Counted from the first letter of the stretch, positions 1 through 11,161 are shown. The stretch is 33,318 nt of DNA from Candidatus Bathyarchaeota archaeon (GCA_963739305.1 CAVTZU010000007.1:1-33318); one strand, 5' to 3'. Numbers and translations are program-made. Notes: generated by a model from the letters alone, not told the origin.

Positions 1-99
1 CCGTTCATCGTCGAGCATCCCAACTCTCTGGCTTCAAAGTCCTTCATGGAAATTGTCAAGAAGATCGAAGATTTCCTGAAACAGAAGGCGAGGAAGTAG
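1..99 (+). CDS. 3' end of probable Mrp/NBP35 family ATP-binding (Fe-S carrier) protein, partial
   Basis: Frame 1 reads PFIVEHPNSLASKSFMEIVKKIEDFLKQKARK*, resembling Mrp/NBP35 C-termini. It lies directly upstream of a NifB/NifX gene, a common context. Confidence 0.6.
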   Translation, partial: PFIVEHPNSLASKSFMEIVKKIEDFLKQKARK

Positions 100-118
100 T
101 GGAAAGGGAGGTGACGCA

Positions 119-493
119 ATGAAAACTACAGTTATTGTTCCTGTGTTAGATAACAACGGTTTGAACGCTAGGATAGCAGAGCATTTCGGAAGAGCGCCTT
201 TCTATGCTGTTGTGGCTTTGGACAAGGATGGAAAAGTCGAAAATGTCGAGACCATGGAAAACAAGGGCGAACATTTTGGGGGCGAAGGGCACATGCACGA
301 CCATATTCTGGGGCAGAAACCGAACGCGATAATAACCTACGGAATGGGTCCAAGAGGCTTGAATGGCTTCCAAGAGGCAGGAGTAGCGGTGCTGAAAGCG
401 AACGCAGATACGGTCAAAGACGTAATTGCTGCATATAATGATGACAAGCTTCAAGAGCTTACGGAAGGCTGCCATCACGCACATCATCACTAG
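119..493 (+). CDS. NifB/NifX family (dinitrogenase FeMo-cofactor-type) metal-cluster binding protein
   Basis: HFGRAP motif, GMGPRG motif and His-rich C-terminus; GGAGGTGA ribosome-binding site upstream. Confidence 0.9.
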   Translation: MKTTVIVPVLDNNGLNARIAEHFGRAPFYAVVALDKDGKVENVETMENKGEHFGGEGHMHDHILGQKPNAIITYGMGPRGLNGFQEAGVAVLKANADTVKDVIAAYNDDKLQELTEGCHHAHHH

Positions 494-522
494 GATTAGA
501 ACTCTAAGAGCTTGGTTCTAGA

Positions 523-1785
523 ATGAATGAGAAGAACCAGCTTTTTAGAAAAGGGGAAAGAGCTGCGATTATTTCTGCAGCTGTTCTCCTAGCGTTCAGC
601 ATTCTGAAAGGCACAGTATCAGTAATTTCGGGCAGCGTGGCGTTACTCGCAGACTCGATTCATTCCTTTGCCGACATTTTTTCCTCGATTGCTGTCTGGG
701 CTGGGCTCAAGCTAGTTCAGAAAAAGCCCACTGAAAGATTTCCATATGGATACTACAAAGCAGAAACCTTGGCCTTGTTGATAGTTGCCGTGACGATCGT
801 TGCATCGGGTGTTTTGATCCTGAAAGAAGCAGTGGATAAACTGTTCCAACCCAGCATCGTCCTGTTTCCTTCTGTCGTTCTCGCCGTGGCCGCTTTTTCA
901 GGACTAGTCTCTTACTTTCTTGGCAGGTACAAGAAGAACGTGGGAGGCCTCATCGGTTCTCAGTCGCTTATTGGTGAAGGACAACATTCTTTGGTAGACG
1001 TATATACTTCGTTATTGGTTTTCGCAGGTGTCATGTTTGCCAGCCTAGGTTATCCGGTGGCTGAGGTTTTGGCAGGGTTTGCTATTGGGGTGTACATTAT
1101 GAAAGTAGGGCTCTGGTTTGGAAAAGACGCGGTGCTGGTTCTAATGGACGCTTGTTTGAGTCCGCAAAAGGCTAGAGAAATGAAGGAAATAGCCGAGAAG
1201 GTACGAGGAGTAATAGGAGTGCATGATCTCAGACTACATAAGTCAGGACCAGTGTCTTTTGGTGAGATGCACATAGAGGTGGAAGAAGCTCTTCCTCTGG
1301 AAAGAGCACATGAGATTTCAGATGAGATCGAAGAGAAAATCAGAGAGCGTTTTAAGGATATTGAGTCAATTACGATTCATGTAGAACCAGCAGAAAAACA
1401 GAAAATCAAGGTCGGCATTCCAGTGGTGGAAGACAATGGATTAGAATCAAAGACTTCTGGCCATCTTGGCAATGTACCTCTTTTCGCATTCATAGAACTG
1501 GAGAATAACCAAACAAAGTATGTCTATTTCAAGGCCAATAGAGCAGCGACAATAGCGAGGAAGAAAGGAATAGGAGCTGCGCAATTCTTAGTAGACGAAA
1601 AAGTTGACACGGTGCTTGCAGGGGGCATGGGTGAAGGTCCGTTTCACCTTTTGAGAGACAACCTTGTTCAGATATTTGTTCTTCCAGAACAGGTCGAACT
1701 TAAGGAAGCGATCCGTCTCCTCAACGAGAACCAGCTAGAAAGAATGGCAGCGCCATCTGAGAAAAAGGAAACAGATGACAGGTAA
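523..1785 (+). CDS. Cation diffusion facilitator (FieF-like) transporter with C-terminal NifB/NifX domain
   Basis: SGSVALLADSIHSFAD and FPYGYYKAE CDF motifs, dimerisation domain ending IHVEP, then a GHLG...GGMGEGP NifX-like domain. Confidence 0.9.
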   Translation: MNEKNQLFRKGERAAIISAAVLLAFSILKGTVSVISGSVALLADSIHSFADIFSSIAVWAGLKLVQKKPTERFPYGYYKAETLALLIVAVTIVASGVLILKEAVDKLFQPSIVLFPSVVLAVAAFSGLVSYFLGRYKKNVGGLIGSQSLIGEGQHSLVDVYTSLLVFAGVMFASLGYPVAEVLAGFAIGVYIMKVGLWFGKDAVLVLMDACLSPQKAREMKEIAEKVRGVIGVHDLRLHKSGPVSFGEMHIEVEEALPLERAHEISDEIEEKIRERFKDIESITIHVEPAEKQKIKVGIPVVEDNGLESKTSGHLGNVPLFAFIELENNQTKYVYFKANRAATIARKKGIGAAQFLVDEKVDTVLAGGMGEGPFHLLRDNLVQIFVLPEQVELKEAIRLLNENQLERMAAPSEKKETDDR

Positions 1786-2176
1786 CATTTATTATATGTC
1801 GATGTTTTCTCTCATGCCGTGGACGGTTTAAGGACGCGCGCAGACTAGAAACTGATTCAGGGATTGATTTTGCAGATAACGTACTAAAGAACCGGTGAAA
1901 ACTCGAAAGAATCTGTAGACGGAATGTAAACCGAGAGTTAGAAACAGTTCATGCTCATTCCGCTGAAAACCGTTGATTTTCCGACAAAAATGTCTACAGC
2001 CGTTTCCTGAATCTTCCAGGAACAGAATGGAACAAGCATTTCCTGAAATAGTCCATCCTTTTTCCAGAAAAGAAGCTCAATTCTTTGAGAACTGTTCCTG
2101 GTCAGTGAAGTGTCACAACTCTTCAAAAAGGACCATTGTGTATGTTGGAATTCTGGGAATTCCAGAAAAAAGTGAA

Positions 2177-2570
2177 TTGTTACTGATTGTTACAGCAAAA
2201 TTGTTACAAAGGCATGGACTTTCAGACTAGGTCTCGTAGCGCGCGCGTGTCGGTATGACAATCAACTCATGCGTTAACAATTATCGGTCATACCGCTAAC
2301 TCATGCGTTAACGCTGCGTTAACGAAAAGACCATACTGCGTTGCCTTTGCGTTTCCAAAGTCTTTTTCGTTCTCCTGCCTTTATCAAGGGTCTAATGGAG
2401 AACGGAGCCTGATTCTTCGAGCTTGCTTCATTGTAAATATTATGTCTGCGTTAACGCATTTTCCCATCTGCGTTGATTGTCTTTTGAGGTAACAGCAGAA
2501 AACAGGCACTTATACAAGTTTGTTACAGCTTTTGTTACAATCTCATGGTCTTTTCATGGTCATACCATGC
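2177..2570. repeat. Non-coding array of short direct and inverted repeats
   Basis: AACTCATGCGTTAAC at 2264 and 2298; TGCGTTAAC again at 2315 and 2447; inverted CGGTATGAC/GTCATACCG at 2252/2287; TTGTTAC three times near 2177-2207 and twice near 2521-2540; GAAAAGACCAT at 2324 and inverted at 2544. Confidence 0.7.
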
Positions 2571-2606
2571 CTTCGTATAATGCGCGCGTTAGTAACAAAG
2601 TATGTG

Positions 2607-3062
2607 TTAGCCGGGTTTTCCTCTGTGTATTTCTAGGTTAAACCCAAGTTCCTTCATGAAGTCAAGGTAAGCAAAACCTCTAGTTTTGTTTCCGTCTGAA
2701 ACTTCAATCAGCGGTCTCTTGCCATTTTTCGTGTAGATTCTCATAAATGCATCGTAGCCCTCAGTGGGAGCGAAAGCGACATGATGAATACCGGGACCGT
2801 TTTTGCGGAGCCAATCCATAAAAATGCTCTCCGAAATAGGCTGAATCAACTCAAGCTCAACTTCGAAAGAGCGACAGAAAGCAATTCTCAATTTAAGGGT
2901 GCTGGGTTTGCCGTCAACCAACATACTGGGAAACGTATCAGGGTTAAAATCGATCACCTCCCAGGGCCCCACGCCAAAGTCCTTTTCGTAACGCTGTACA
3001 AAGGCATCCACATCGTCGACAATAAGACCTACCTGCATGAATTTCTTGAATTTGTTATCCAT
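2607..3062 (-). CDS. VOC family (glyoxalase/methylmalonyl-CoA epimerase-like) protein
   Basis: QVGLIVDD, ELELIQP and GPGIHHVAF motifs; GGAGGTG RBS supports the ATG at 3062. Confidence 0.85.
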   Translation of the reverse strand: MDNKFKKFMQVGLIVDDVDAFVQRYEKDFGVGPWEVIDFNPDTFPSMLVDGKPSTLKLRIAFCRSFEVELELIQPISESIFMDWLRKNGPGIHHVAFAPTEGYDAFMRIYTKNGKRPLIEVSDGNKTRGFAYLDFMKELGFNLEIHRGKPG

Positions 3063-3337
3063 ATTATGCACCTCCTAGACATTGCACAAGTTCTGCATAA
3101 GAGCAATGCATTGTCTACGCGCAGTGAAATCCACAATTTGAACCTCCCTTCCTAGATTTTGTCCCGTTCCGGGGTATTTAACTCGTTGGACGACCAAGGG
3201 CTTCATCCCTTATGAACCCTAACTTCAGGTAATCCTGTGCCGAGAGCGGCGCGCGCCGAAGCCTTATTTGCACATAAAAAGGCCTTCTGGATGCGCGCGC
3301 TAATCAAAGAATAGTGTGTTGATTGAAAAAGCTCGTT

Positions 3338-3358
3338 CTTGAAAAGAAAAAGGGGGGT
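3338..3358 (-). terminator. U-rich archaeal terminator after the SBP/dockerin gene
   Basis: C-run then T-rich TTTTCTTTTCAAG on the minus strand just after the stop; near-identical to the tract after the paralog at about 27903-27921. Confidence 0.55.
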
Positions 3359-3359
3359 A

Positions 3360-6300
3360 CTAGTAGTGTTGGTTATAGTTTCCAGCAAGTATTATGGCGT
3401 CATAGATGTCTACAATGCCGTCGTTGTTGATGTCTGCGTTAGGGTTCCAGTTTGGACTTCCAGGAACCGAATTGTAAGCCCCTGCTAGTATTATCGCGTC
3501 ATAGATGTCTACCGATCCGTCACCGTTTACGTCGCCCAAAAGACCCGCTAGAGTGGACGTCACTCTCACTTTGTGAGAAAGCTCGGCGGATTCAAAGTAC
3601 AAAGAGTAGTGTGTGGCATTTTCTGTTACCGTCACGGACTGCGGTACGTCGTCCAGATAGACAGTCAAGTTGCCTGACATCAGCACCTTTGGGATTGTTA
3701 TGTTGCAGAAAGCATCGACGTCTGTCGTGAGATTGAACTTCAACTCCTTCTGAGCTATGTCAAAGCTGTAGTTCGAGTACACGATGTAGTTGCTGTAGAC
3801 TTCCACGGTAAATTTCGTTTGGCCATAATAGACACTGAGAGACCAAGGTTCTGCTGTTGGGTTAGTTGGGTTGTTGAATGTCCAACATAAATCTGCGTCC
3901 ACCATCCGAGTACGTCAAACTAGTCGATAACCCCGTCAGGCATCAGGTCTTCTTGGATCCAGCCAGGCGGTCCAGTGCGTCCAAAATGCATTATTCCCGC
4001 GAAACGTATCGCATCAATATGATCGACAATTCCGTCTTGATTTAGGTCTTCCGGGATATATGCCAAGTCTCCCTTACCGTATCCAACGAGTTGAACCATG
4101 CCGTCGGAGATTGTCTGATCGCTCAGGTCAGTGTCGACTGCATTGCTATTAATGGGATATGCCTCAGCACTGATGCTCCAGTTGCCGTGAGTAATCGGGT
4201 ATGACTTGTCCCATGTCAGTTCCACGGATATGCTCTGTCCCGGGGCCAGCACGAGGTACGTGCCGTTGGGATAGCAGTAATAATGGTTTGACTGATTGGT
4301 CAACCTCACAGCCACAGCTACATACAGCAACGGGATAGCGTTGTTGTTATCCTCTCTCATCAGTGTAACGTTGAAAACCAGGTTCGGACGAAAACGCAAA
4401 GAGATTATCGGATCCAGCGGCTTCGTGGGTACGATGCTGACTACTTTTATGTCAACGTTCTGGAGTGTAGACACGGACTTGTATATGTCGTAGGCGTACT
4501 CTCCTGGCAACAGCGCGTTGTAGTACCATCCTTGTACCCAGTCTCTTGCGAACCTTCTGCCCACGGGTTGAACCAGCGGTAGGGTTATCACGTCGTCGTA
4601 GAACCTTTGCTGCAGGTCTCTGTAGTCTATTCCACGTTGAGCGAAGTTTGGCTCGATGACTGCCGCGTTGATTTCTGCGTCAATTATCGCTTGGTCAGCT
4701 GGGAACGGAGGTCCTTGTGATATTGGGAAATTCCCTGTGGACTGCATGTACGGCTGAACGAAGTCATGTGGGTCAGCGAAGTCTGCCAACCAGCCCGAAC
4801 AGAAGACGGGCATCCGGAAGGTGTTCATAGCGTTCAGGAACACTGACCAGTCTAAGCCTACAACGTTGACTTTGTACTTCGAGTTCAGGGTCTGGAAGGC
4901 GGTTGCGATCAACTGTTCGGCAATCATTCTCTGGTCGTTGCCAATATTGTACACCAAGGTCGTTTCAAACCCATTGAGTCCAACGTTGATGCCGTCAACA
5001 ACCGCCAGGTTCAACTCGTTCTGCATTTGAGTGTAGTCAAGGTTGCGTAGAACCAGTGCTGTGTTCTTGAAGGATGGCGGGCTTAATCCGTCTACCCACC
5101 ATGAGGCTTGCTGTATTCCTTCACCGAAGTACGCTTGCTGAGATGTACTGTGTGTAGTTGATTGCCCACGCGAAAGCCTTCTCATGTGCTCGTTGGCGAA
5201 GAACAAGTGGTTCAGCTGCCGTCTGGTGGGGGTAGCCTACGTAGGATTGGTAGGGACTTGCTGCCGAGACGTTCATGCAGAAGAACATCATGTCGTTGCT
5301 TAATTGAGCAATGTTGTAGACCAGGTTGATTCCTGGAGCAGGTGTATACGCGTCGGTCGTTAGGAGGTCAAACATGTTGGCTCTTGGAACGTAGCAATCG
5401 TCGAATTCACCTTCAAGGAACAACACCTTCCTCGTCGGCCACGAATCAACACCTTTCGAGATAACGGTCGTCACGTGGCTTCCACTCCATCCGCCCCAGT
5501 ATCCGGTCCACTGGTCGATTCTCCAGACCTTGTTCGCCTGGTCCCATGACGTGAACAGGTACGGGCCTGTCCCCATGATTTCGTTCACGTGCTTGTTGCT
5601 GCTCGGATACTTTGATCCGGCAACTGCGCCGTAGATTGCAGGGTCTTTCCACGCGTCAATTTCACTGCGTGTGACCGTTGGTTTCCAGTGCCACAAGTTC
5701 GTCCAGTCCGCACCCATGTTGCTGTCCGATACGCCAATTGGGAATTGCCCGTTCCATCCACCGTGCTCCTGAACCCATTCCGGCTCAATTATGCTACCCC
5801 AGGTTTGCGCGAAAATCTGGTTGAGCACGCCTGGAGCCCATGGTTGCTGGAAGTGGAAACTCACGTCGTTAGCACCAGGCCCTGCATAGCACCATGCCTG
5901 AATCATTTGGGCGGCAGTTAATGAGTCTGCTGTGTGTTTGAATGTGCCGTTGCTGTAAGCGGCGAAGGCATTCCATAAGCCCGCCGACGCGTCTCCTGTG
6001 AAAGCAGGGCCGAACCACATCCATGTGGGTGCGTAGTATGAGTCGTAGACCATTTGTCTCTGGAACGAGTAGATAACGTCGGACGCTTTGAGGTTGCGTG
6101 ACGGAATGACGCTGCCGTTTGCTGCAGTCCACGGTTGGAACGTGGCTGTCGTGCGGATGGTGAATGTGTAGTATTCACCTGTGTCAAGATGGCCTGCCGT
6201 GTAGTTCATGGTAATCGTCGGCAGCGCCGTGGCCAATACTGGCGTGTAGCTGTCGAGGTTAGCGTACTCCGAAAGCGTCAGGTTGTGTCCAACGCCAGGG

Positions 6301-6577
6301 GAGAAACTGATTACGTGCTTGTCATTCCACCATATGAGCGTTTGCGCGACGTTCTGTATCAACTCGCCGCTCGCTGTGTCGTAGGCACGAGCCGGGTCCA
6401 TCCTTGCGGGTTGACCTATCGTACCAACGTAGTAAGTGCTTGTGACGATTGGCGGTTGCGTTGACAATACTGGAATTACCGCAAATATGCTTGGTCAGTA
6501 ACACGCTGTTGCGATTATGCTATCAGTTTTAGATTGAGCGATTTCTGCCTATTTCTATCGAGTGTTCTTTTCGACAA
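3360..6577 (-). pseudogene. Oligopeptide/nickel-type (family 5) ABC solute-binding protein with C-terminal beta-rich and dockerin type I domains; frameshifted (pseudogene or sequencing errors)
   Basis: ORFs 5121-6467, 3920-5206 and 3360-3905 are collinear with the intact paralog at 27924-30614 (DPARAYDTAS, GTGPY, GWLADFADP, DVNGDGSVDIYDAI). Indels near 6490-6520, 5140-5210 and about 3885, plus an in-frame TAG at 3920. TTG start after GGGGATGA. Confidence 0.85.
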
Positions 6578-6610
6578 TTAATCATCCCCGATCCAATTAT
6601 GTTTTTCAAG

Positions 6611-6679
6611 TAGATAAAACCTGTGAAACATTGTTCTATGACAGACAACACGAGCATCATGGCTGAATCAAATGAATCA
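6611..6679 (-). promoter_or_regulatory. Promoter/operator region of the SBP gene, conserved with 30649-30715
   Basis: Sense-strand ATAGAAC-N4-TTTCACA-GG-TTTTAT; TGAATCAAATGAATCA (+ strand 6664-6679) is identical upstream of both SBP paralogs. Confidence 0.6.
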
Positions 6680-6862
6680 ATCAACCTATTTCACGATTCG
6701 GGAACTGAATTGCCAGCGCGCACAATAGAGTTGGAAGGGAGCGTTCAATACGCGCGCGCTTACGAAGACGAATCTTCACACGAAGGTCACAACATGTCCG
6801 CTTCAGAACATTGAAAACAGTTTTCTCGCGAATGTTGAGGGAAAATGAAAAATTATCTGGTT

Positions 6863-6891
6863 ATAGAACTGTTTTTCACAAAGCTTTTATT
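6863..6891 (+). promoter_or_regulatory. Promoter with ATAGAAC-N4-TTTCACA motif plus TATA-like TTTTAT
   Basis: Same architecture as the two SBP promoters, about 55 nt upstream of ATG 6946. Confidence 0.5.
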
Positions 6892-6945
6892 CGTATCTTG
6901 TTGCATTAGAACTGCGCAAGCTGCGGGGATGGAGGTGAGGAAGGA

Positions 6946-7435
6946 ATGAGAAGACTGGGTAATGTAGGCATCCGAGTTCTTTCAGTTCTGTTGGCGGCCA
7001 CTATCGTCCTGTTTTCAACATTTCCTATGACCATTGCAAAAAGGGAAATGAACAGCGTGCCTTTCAAGGCCAGTGGCAAGTGTAACGCAGTCGTCGTGAG
7101 TCCTCCGCCGATTCTGGAAATATACATCTATGGAAGCGGGCATGCGACGCACATGGGTCTCGTGAGTATCTGGCAGCACCATTTCGTCGATGTTAAATCG
7201 ATGACCTTCTATGACGGAATATTCGTCTGGACTGCTGCAAACGGTGACAAGCTGATAGGCAGCTACTACGGCTCGATGGTTCCCACATCTGTCGGGTTTG
7301 AAATACACGGGTTCTTCACGATTGACGGTGGGACGGGAAGATTTCGATAGTGCAGACGGCGGAGGCATCGCTTCGGGCATGCAGTACTTTGACAACACTG
7401 CGGATCTTTACCTCGATGGGACGATAACGTACTAG
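6946..7435 (+). CDS. Exported beta-rich hypothetical protein with a +1 frameshift near 7345
   Basis: N-terminal signal-like hydrophobic stretch and GGAGGTGA RBS. After GGTGRF the alternate frame continues DSADGGGIASGMQYFDNTADLYLDGTITY*, followed by a T-rich terminator. Confidence 0.65.
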
Positions 7436-7519
7436 TGAATAAGAAATCGGACATCCTCAAATTTCCCATTTTTCTTTGCTTTTGATGACAAGCGCGGGCG
7501 CTGACGGAACTCCTACTCG

Positions 7520-7918
7520 CTAGACGTAGTACGACAATATAGTATTGTTGACTACAACTACTGTGTACACAAGAATGAGCGCACAAAGACATGTCGTCAA
7601 ATAGATGCGTAGTGCCCTCCAGTGAAGGCGATATGAAAATACCGACAAACATCCAAAGGCGACCACTACACTTAATTTGAGAACCACACCACCCGCAAAA
7701 CCTAACATTGCAAACAACGCAATAGCCATTACATTTGCTTCCTCCGCTCCATGAGCAATCGCTGTCTGCGTGGTAAGGATGTCCAAGACGTTTAATGCAA
7801 CAAGCACCAGAGCCAAAACCGCGACCAATGTTTGTCTTTTCAAGGTGCGCACTTCTCTATGATGACTGAAAACTCCCATCCTTTTTAGGCTTATTTCTGG
7901 ATAAGCATATAGAGGCAA
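7520..7918 (-). CDS. DUF5658-like small membrane protein (true start probably downstream of the ORF start)
   Basis: LNVLDILTT...GAEEAN motif followed by hydrophobic helices and a terminal VVVNN. Confidence 0.65.
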   Translation of the reverse strand: MPLYAYPEISLKRMGVFSHHREVRTLKRQTLVAVLALVLVALNVLDILTTQTAIAHGAEEANVMAIALFAMLGFAGGVVLKLSVVVAFGCLSVFSYRLHWRALRIYLTTCLCALILVYTVVVVNNTILSYYV

Positions 7919-8447
7919 GCTGGTGGTATCTTAGCGCGCGTTTTAGGTCTTTAGGGCGCGCGCTACGCTGATGGTTCTTTATAAACTATTTCATGCATTG
8001 CCGTCCGTGTAACTCTGAGATTTCATCCTCTCGTCAAGCTAATGCCTTCTCATCATCCGGCAAAATAAGGATGATCAGGCGGAAAATAAAAACGTTCTCG
8101 CAGCCAGTAACTATTTCTGTAGAATCCTTAAGAGACACAGTCAACTTCGACTGATCCGAATTGGGTGAATTTTCGACATGGGTTTCAGCTATTGATTGTG
8201 GTTTCAAAAGCTTCTTTTCGGCCGCAAATATTGCTTTCCTAGCATGAGTAGAGTCGAAAAATGGCCCTTCAAAGTTCCTATTGAAGGTGCAGAAAAGCGT
8301 TTGATACATGTCCCGAAAAAGCGTTCTGGATGAAAAATGGATCGTGGCTGCGATTATGCGAAAGTGTATTTCGAATGTATATTCTCCATTCATAAGACAG
8401 TTAAGTAGTACTCGCCAATTCTGTGCCAAGTAGCAGGAGAAAAGTCC

Positions 8448-8630
8448 ATGAACAAAACATTAACACTTAAAGAGAGAAGAGAACTGCAAACCAAAATGGC
8501 CAAGGTTTTCAACCCAGACATCAAAGGACTTTCAACAGAATTGCAAAGAATACTGCTAGATGACCTGGTCACCGCCTTCCAAAATAGAATAAACGTGTTA
8601 ATTCGAGCACAGACAAAAAGAAGCTACTAA
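8448..8630 (+). CDS. Small helical hypothetical protein
   Basis: AGGAG RBS; coding-like composition; co-oriented with the downstream wHTH gene. Confidence 0.65.
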   Translation: MNKTLTLKERRELQTKMAKVFNPDIKGLSTELQRILLDDLVTAFQNRINVLIRAQTKRSY

Positions 8631-8718
8631 TGGAGACTAAATAGAAAAAAGACTTAGCACTGATCCATAAAAGCTTTATATGGAAAGGGTCAAATATGGC
8701 GGAAAAGAGGTTTGAACG

Positions 8719-9021
8719 ATGAGACGTTCTAAACTTGAGATGTACATCGACATCCTCAAGGTGTTGGCTCACCGTGGTCCATTGAAGCTAACTCACATCA
8801 TGTACAAGGCTAACGTTAATTGCAGCGTCCTCAAGGAATACTTGGATTTCCTAATCAAGCAGAATCTCGTTGAAGAACGCATTGTTGGCAAGAGACGCAC
8901 AGTCTACGCTGTAACTCAGAGAGGTATAACCGTGCTGAAATACTTCAGAGAACTGAAGCAGGTTCTACCGATCATCGAAGAAGCACGTGCCATCAGCAAC
9001 GGAATGCCTATGCCTTACTAG
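8719..9021 (+). CDS. Winged helix-turn-helix DNA-binding protein (archaeal HTH_45-like)
   Basis: MRRSKLEMYIDIL...THIMYKANVN...YLDFL...Y.VT.RG signature. Confidence 0.85.
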   Translation: MRRSKLEMYIDILKVLAHRGPLKLTHIMYKANVNCSVLKEYLDFLIKQNLVEERIVGKRRTVYAVTQRGITVLKYFRELKQVLPIIEEARAISNGMPMPY

Positions 9022-9247
9022 AACCACATCCCAACTTTTTTGAAACTGTCATCCATATCGAAGTCTCGAATAGTTCTAGTGGTTTTCTTATACGACTATT
9101 AAGGCATAATGCAGCCAACTTTCCCTATGTTTAGTGTTGATCTCTCTAAGTCTATCTTGTCAAGATAGATGACTGTGTCGTAAGACTTAATAAATGCTCT
9201 TCAAACTATGCTATTGTACACTCGTGAGACACCAAGAGGAAACACAC

Positions 9248-9625
9248 TTGGCGAAAGAAGAAGTTCTTGGCAGAAAACCGATAATTGTCCTTGAGAAAAT
9301 AAGAGAAAATCTCGAGAGGCTAAATGAAAAAATAGAAATCATGATTGAGCTTCAAAAACACGACAGAAAAGACATCCAACCTACGCTCACGGATGCACCA
9401 TTAGATGTCATGACTTTGCTATCCATGCCCGACCATCTCAGAAAGACAGCAATGACCATCTGCAGACTAGGACGCGCAACCGCAGACGAAACAGCTGAGC
9501 AAACAAAGAGAGCAAGAGCCGTTGAAAGCGCATATCTAAATCAACTTGTAATCATGGGACATTTGAAAAAGGAAAGAAACGGCAGAAAAGCATACTTTTT
9601 CGTGGACAGGGAAAGCCAGGAGTAA
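9248..9625 (+). CDS. Coiled-coil plus winged-helix transcriptional regulator
   Basis: LLSMPDHLRKTA...RARAVESAYLNQLV.MG wHTH; GAGG RBS supports TTG at 9248; 6 nt upstream of the MinD/ParA gene. Confidence 0.75.
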   Translation: MAKEEVLGRKPIIVLEKIRENLERLNEKIEIMIELQKHDRKDIQPTLTDAPLDVMTLLSMPDHLRKTAMTICRLGRATADETAEQTKRARAVESAYLNQLVIMGHLKKERNGRKAYFFVDRESQE

Positions 9626-9631
9626 CAAGTC

Positions 9632-10405
9632 ATGGGAAAAATCGTCGCAGTGCACTCTTATAAAGGCGGCACAGGCAAGACGCTGTTGTCAGTTAACATA
9701 GCCGCAATTTTCGCTAAGCATGGAAAGAAAGTCTGCCTTTTCGATCTTGACTTTCGCGCTCCAAGCCTCGCAACCCTGTTGAAGATAGACAAAGCTGAGT
9801 ACTGGATGAATGACTACCTAAACGGAGTCTGCGAAATCAACAAAGTGCTGGTCGATATGAGTAATAGAATCAATAATGCCGGAGAGCTGTGCGTCGGGCT
9901 GGCCAATCCATCAACTGAGGCTATAAGAGATATGACAGCAAAGGACAGAAAATGGGAGATGCGCGCTCTAGGAAGACTGCTGTCGCTCCGAACGTCCATG
10001 CTAAATGACGAGGAATTTGATTATCTCGTGTTCGACACGAGCCCTGGGCTCCAATATTCATCGATCAACGCCATCGTCGCTGCTGACCTGGTTCTTGTTG
10101 CTACAACGTTCGACCGATCAGATGTTGATGGAACTAGACGCATGCTCAAAGAGCTGTATGATCTTTTCGAGAAGAAAACCGAGATTGTCCTTAACAAAGT
10201 GCTGGATGGTTCAGTAAAGACGGGAAAAGACGAAGTCAGAAATCGGCTTAAAGAAATCTATCAGGCTCCGCTTCTAGGAGTGGTGCCTTGTTTCTGTGAC
10301 GTCCTGAAAGCTGAAGGTGGATTGGTGTTCGCTCAAGACAAACCAGATCACCCATTCACGAAGATTCTTGAAGAAATGGCGAACAAAATCGAGAGCATGC
10401 CCTGA
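9632..10405 (+). CDS. MinD/ParA family ATPase
   Basis: Deviant Walker A KGGTGKT, DLD motif, FDTSPG, LNK motif. Confidence 0.9.
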   Translation: MGKIVAVHSYKGGTGKTLLSVNIAAIFAKHGKKVCLFDLDFRAPSLATLLKIDKAEYWMNDYLNGVCEINKVLVDMSNRINNAGELCVGLANPSTEAIRDMTAKDRKWEMRALGRLLSLRTSMLNDEEFDYLVFDTSPGLQYSSINAIVAADLVLVATTFDRSDVDGTRRMLKELYDLFEKKTEIVLNKVLDGSVKTGKDEVRNRLKEIYQAPLLGVVPCFCDVLKAEGGLVFAQDKPDHPFTKILEEMANKIESMP

Positions 10406-10543
10406 TTCCGAAGTAATTCTAAGAGAGCATCAAATTGATCTTGGTCTTTCAATACTCCGCCGTCCAATAGATTGGTCACGCAAAAACCTTATACGGCTGT
10501 GAATTTACTCTAGCATTTTCTGGAGTTTGGAGACAAAACCTTA

Positions 10544-11161
10544 TTGGAAAAATCCGCAATTATACTTGCAGGCGGCTCCTCAAGCCGATTGGGACAAGAC
10601 AAGGGACTTGTCGAGCTTGGTGGTCGGCCTCTTATCCGGCACGTTCTAGATAAAGCGCGCAGCCTCGTAGACGAGACCTTGATTGTGGTCAGTTCTCAGA
10701 ACCAGACGGACACTTATAGAAAGGCCTTGGGGGCAGATGCAGTTATCGTCTCCGACAACTCGAAAATTCATGGGCCTTTGGTAGGAGCATCTGCTGGCTT
10801 CCGGCTTGCATCTGGGAAATATTCACTTCTACTTTCGTGCGATACACCATTTGTCTCAGAGGATATTCTTCAACTTCTGCTGGAGCTGTGCGTGAACAGG
10901 AACGCAACGATTCCACGTTGGCCCAGCTCTTACATCGAGCCGTTGCAAGCGGTTTATCGTACGGAATTCGCACTGCGAGCTGTCAATGACGCTGTTGCAT
11001 CGGGGGAGCTGAAGATGCAGGCGATGGTGGACAGACTGCGAAACGTACGATACGTTTCGACGCTCGTTCTTGAACAACTCGACTCTACCCTACACACCTT
11101 CTTCAACGTAAATACGATTTTGGACTTGAAGAAGGCAGAGAATATTCTCAGATCGAAGTGA
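10544..11161 (+). CDS. mobA: Molybdenum cofactor guanylyltransferase
   Basis: ILAGGSSSRLGQDKG, CDTPF, EPLQAVY and FFNVNT motifs. Confidence 0.88.
   Translation: MEKSAIILAGGSSSRLGQDKGLVELGGRPLIRHVLDKARSLVDETLIVVSSQNQTDTYRKALGADAVIVSDNSKIHGPLVGASAGFRLASGKYSLLLSCDTPFVSEDILQLLLELCVNRNATIPRWPSSYIEPLQAVYRTEFALRAVNDAVASGELKMQAMVDRLRNVRYVSTLVLEQLDSTLHTFFNVNTILDLKKAENILRSK

Noticed and set aside
1841-2230. CAGACTAG direct repeat at both ends of a (CG)n-bounded segment as a target-site duplication
   Set aside because: No terminal inverted repeats or transposase inside; an 8-bp match alone is insufficient.
3920-3922. In-frame TAG as possible pyrrolysine readthrough
   Set aside because: The gene also needs several frameshifts and there are no pyl genes in the window; error or decay is simpler.
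8034-8429. 131-aa minus-strand ORF
   Set aside because: No recognisable motif or RBS; it overlaps the likely upstream regulatory region of the 8448 gene.
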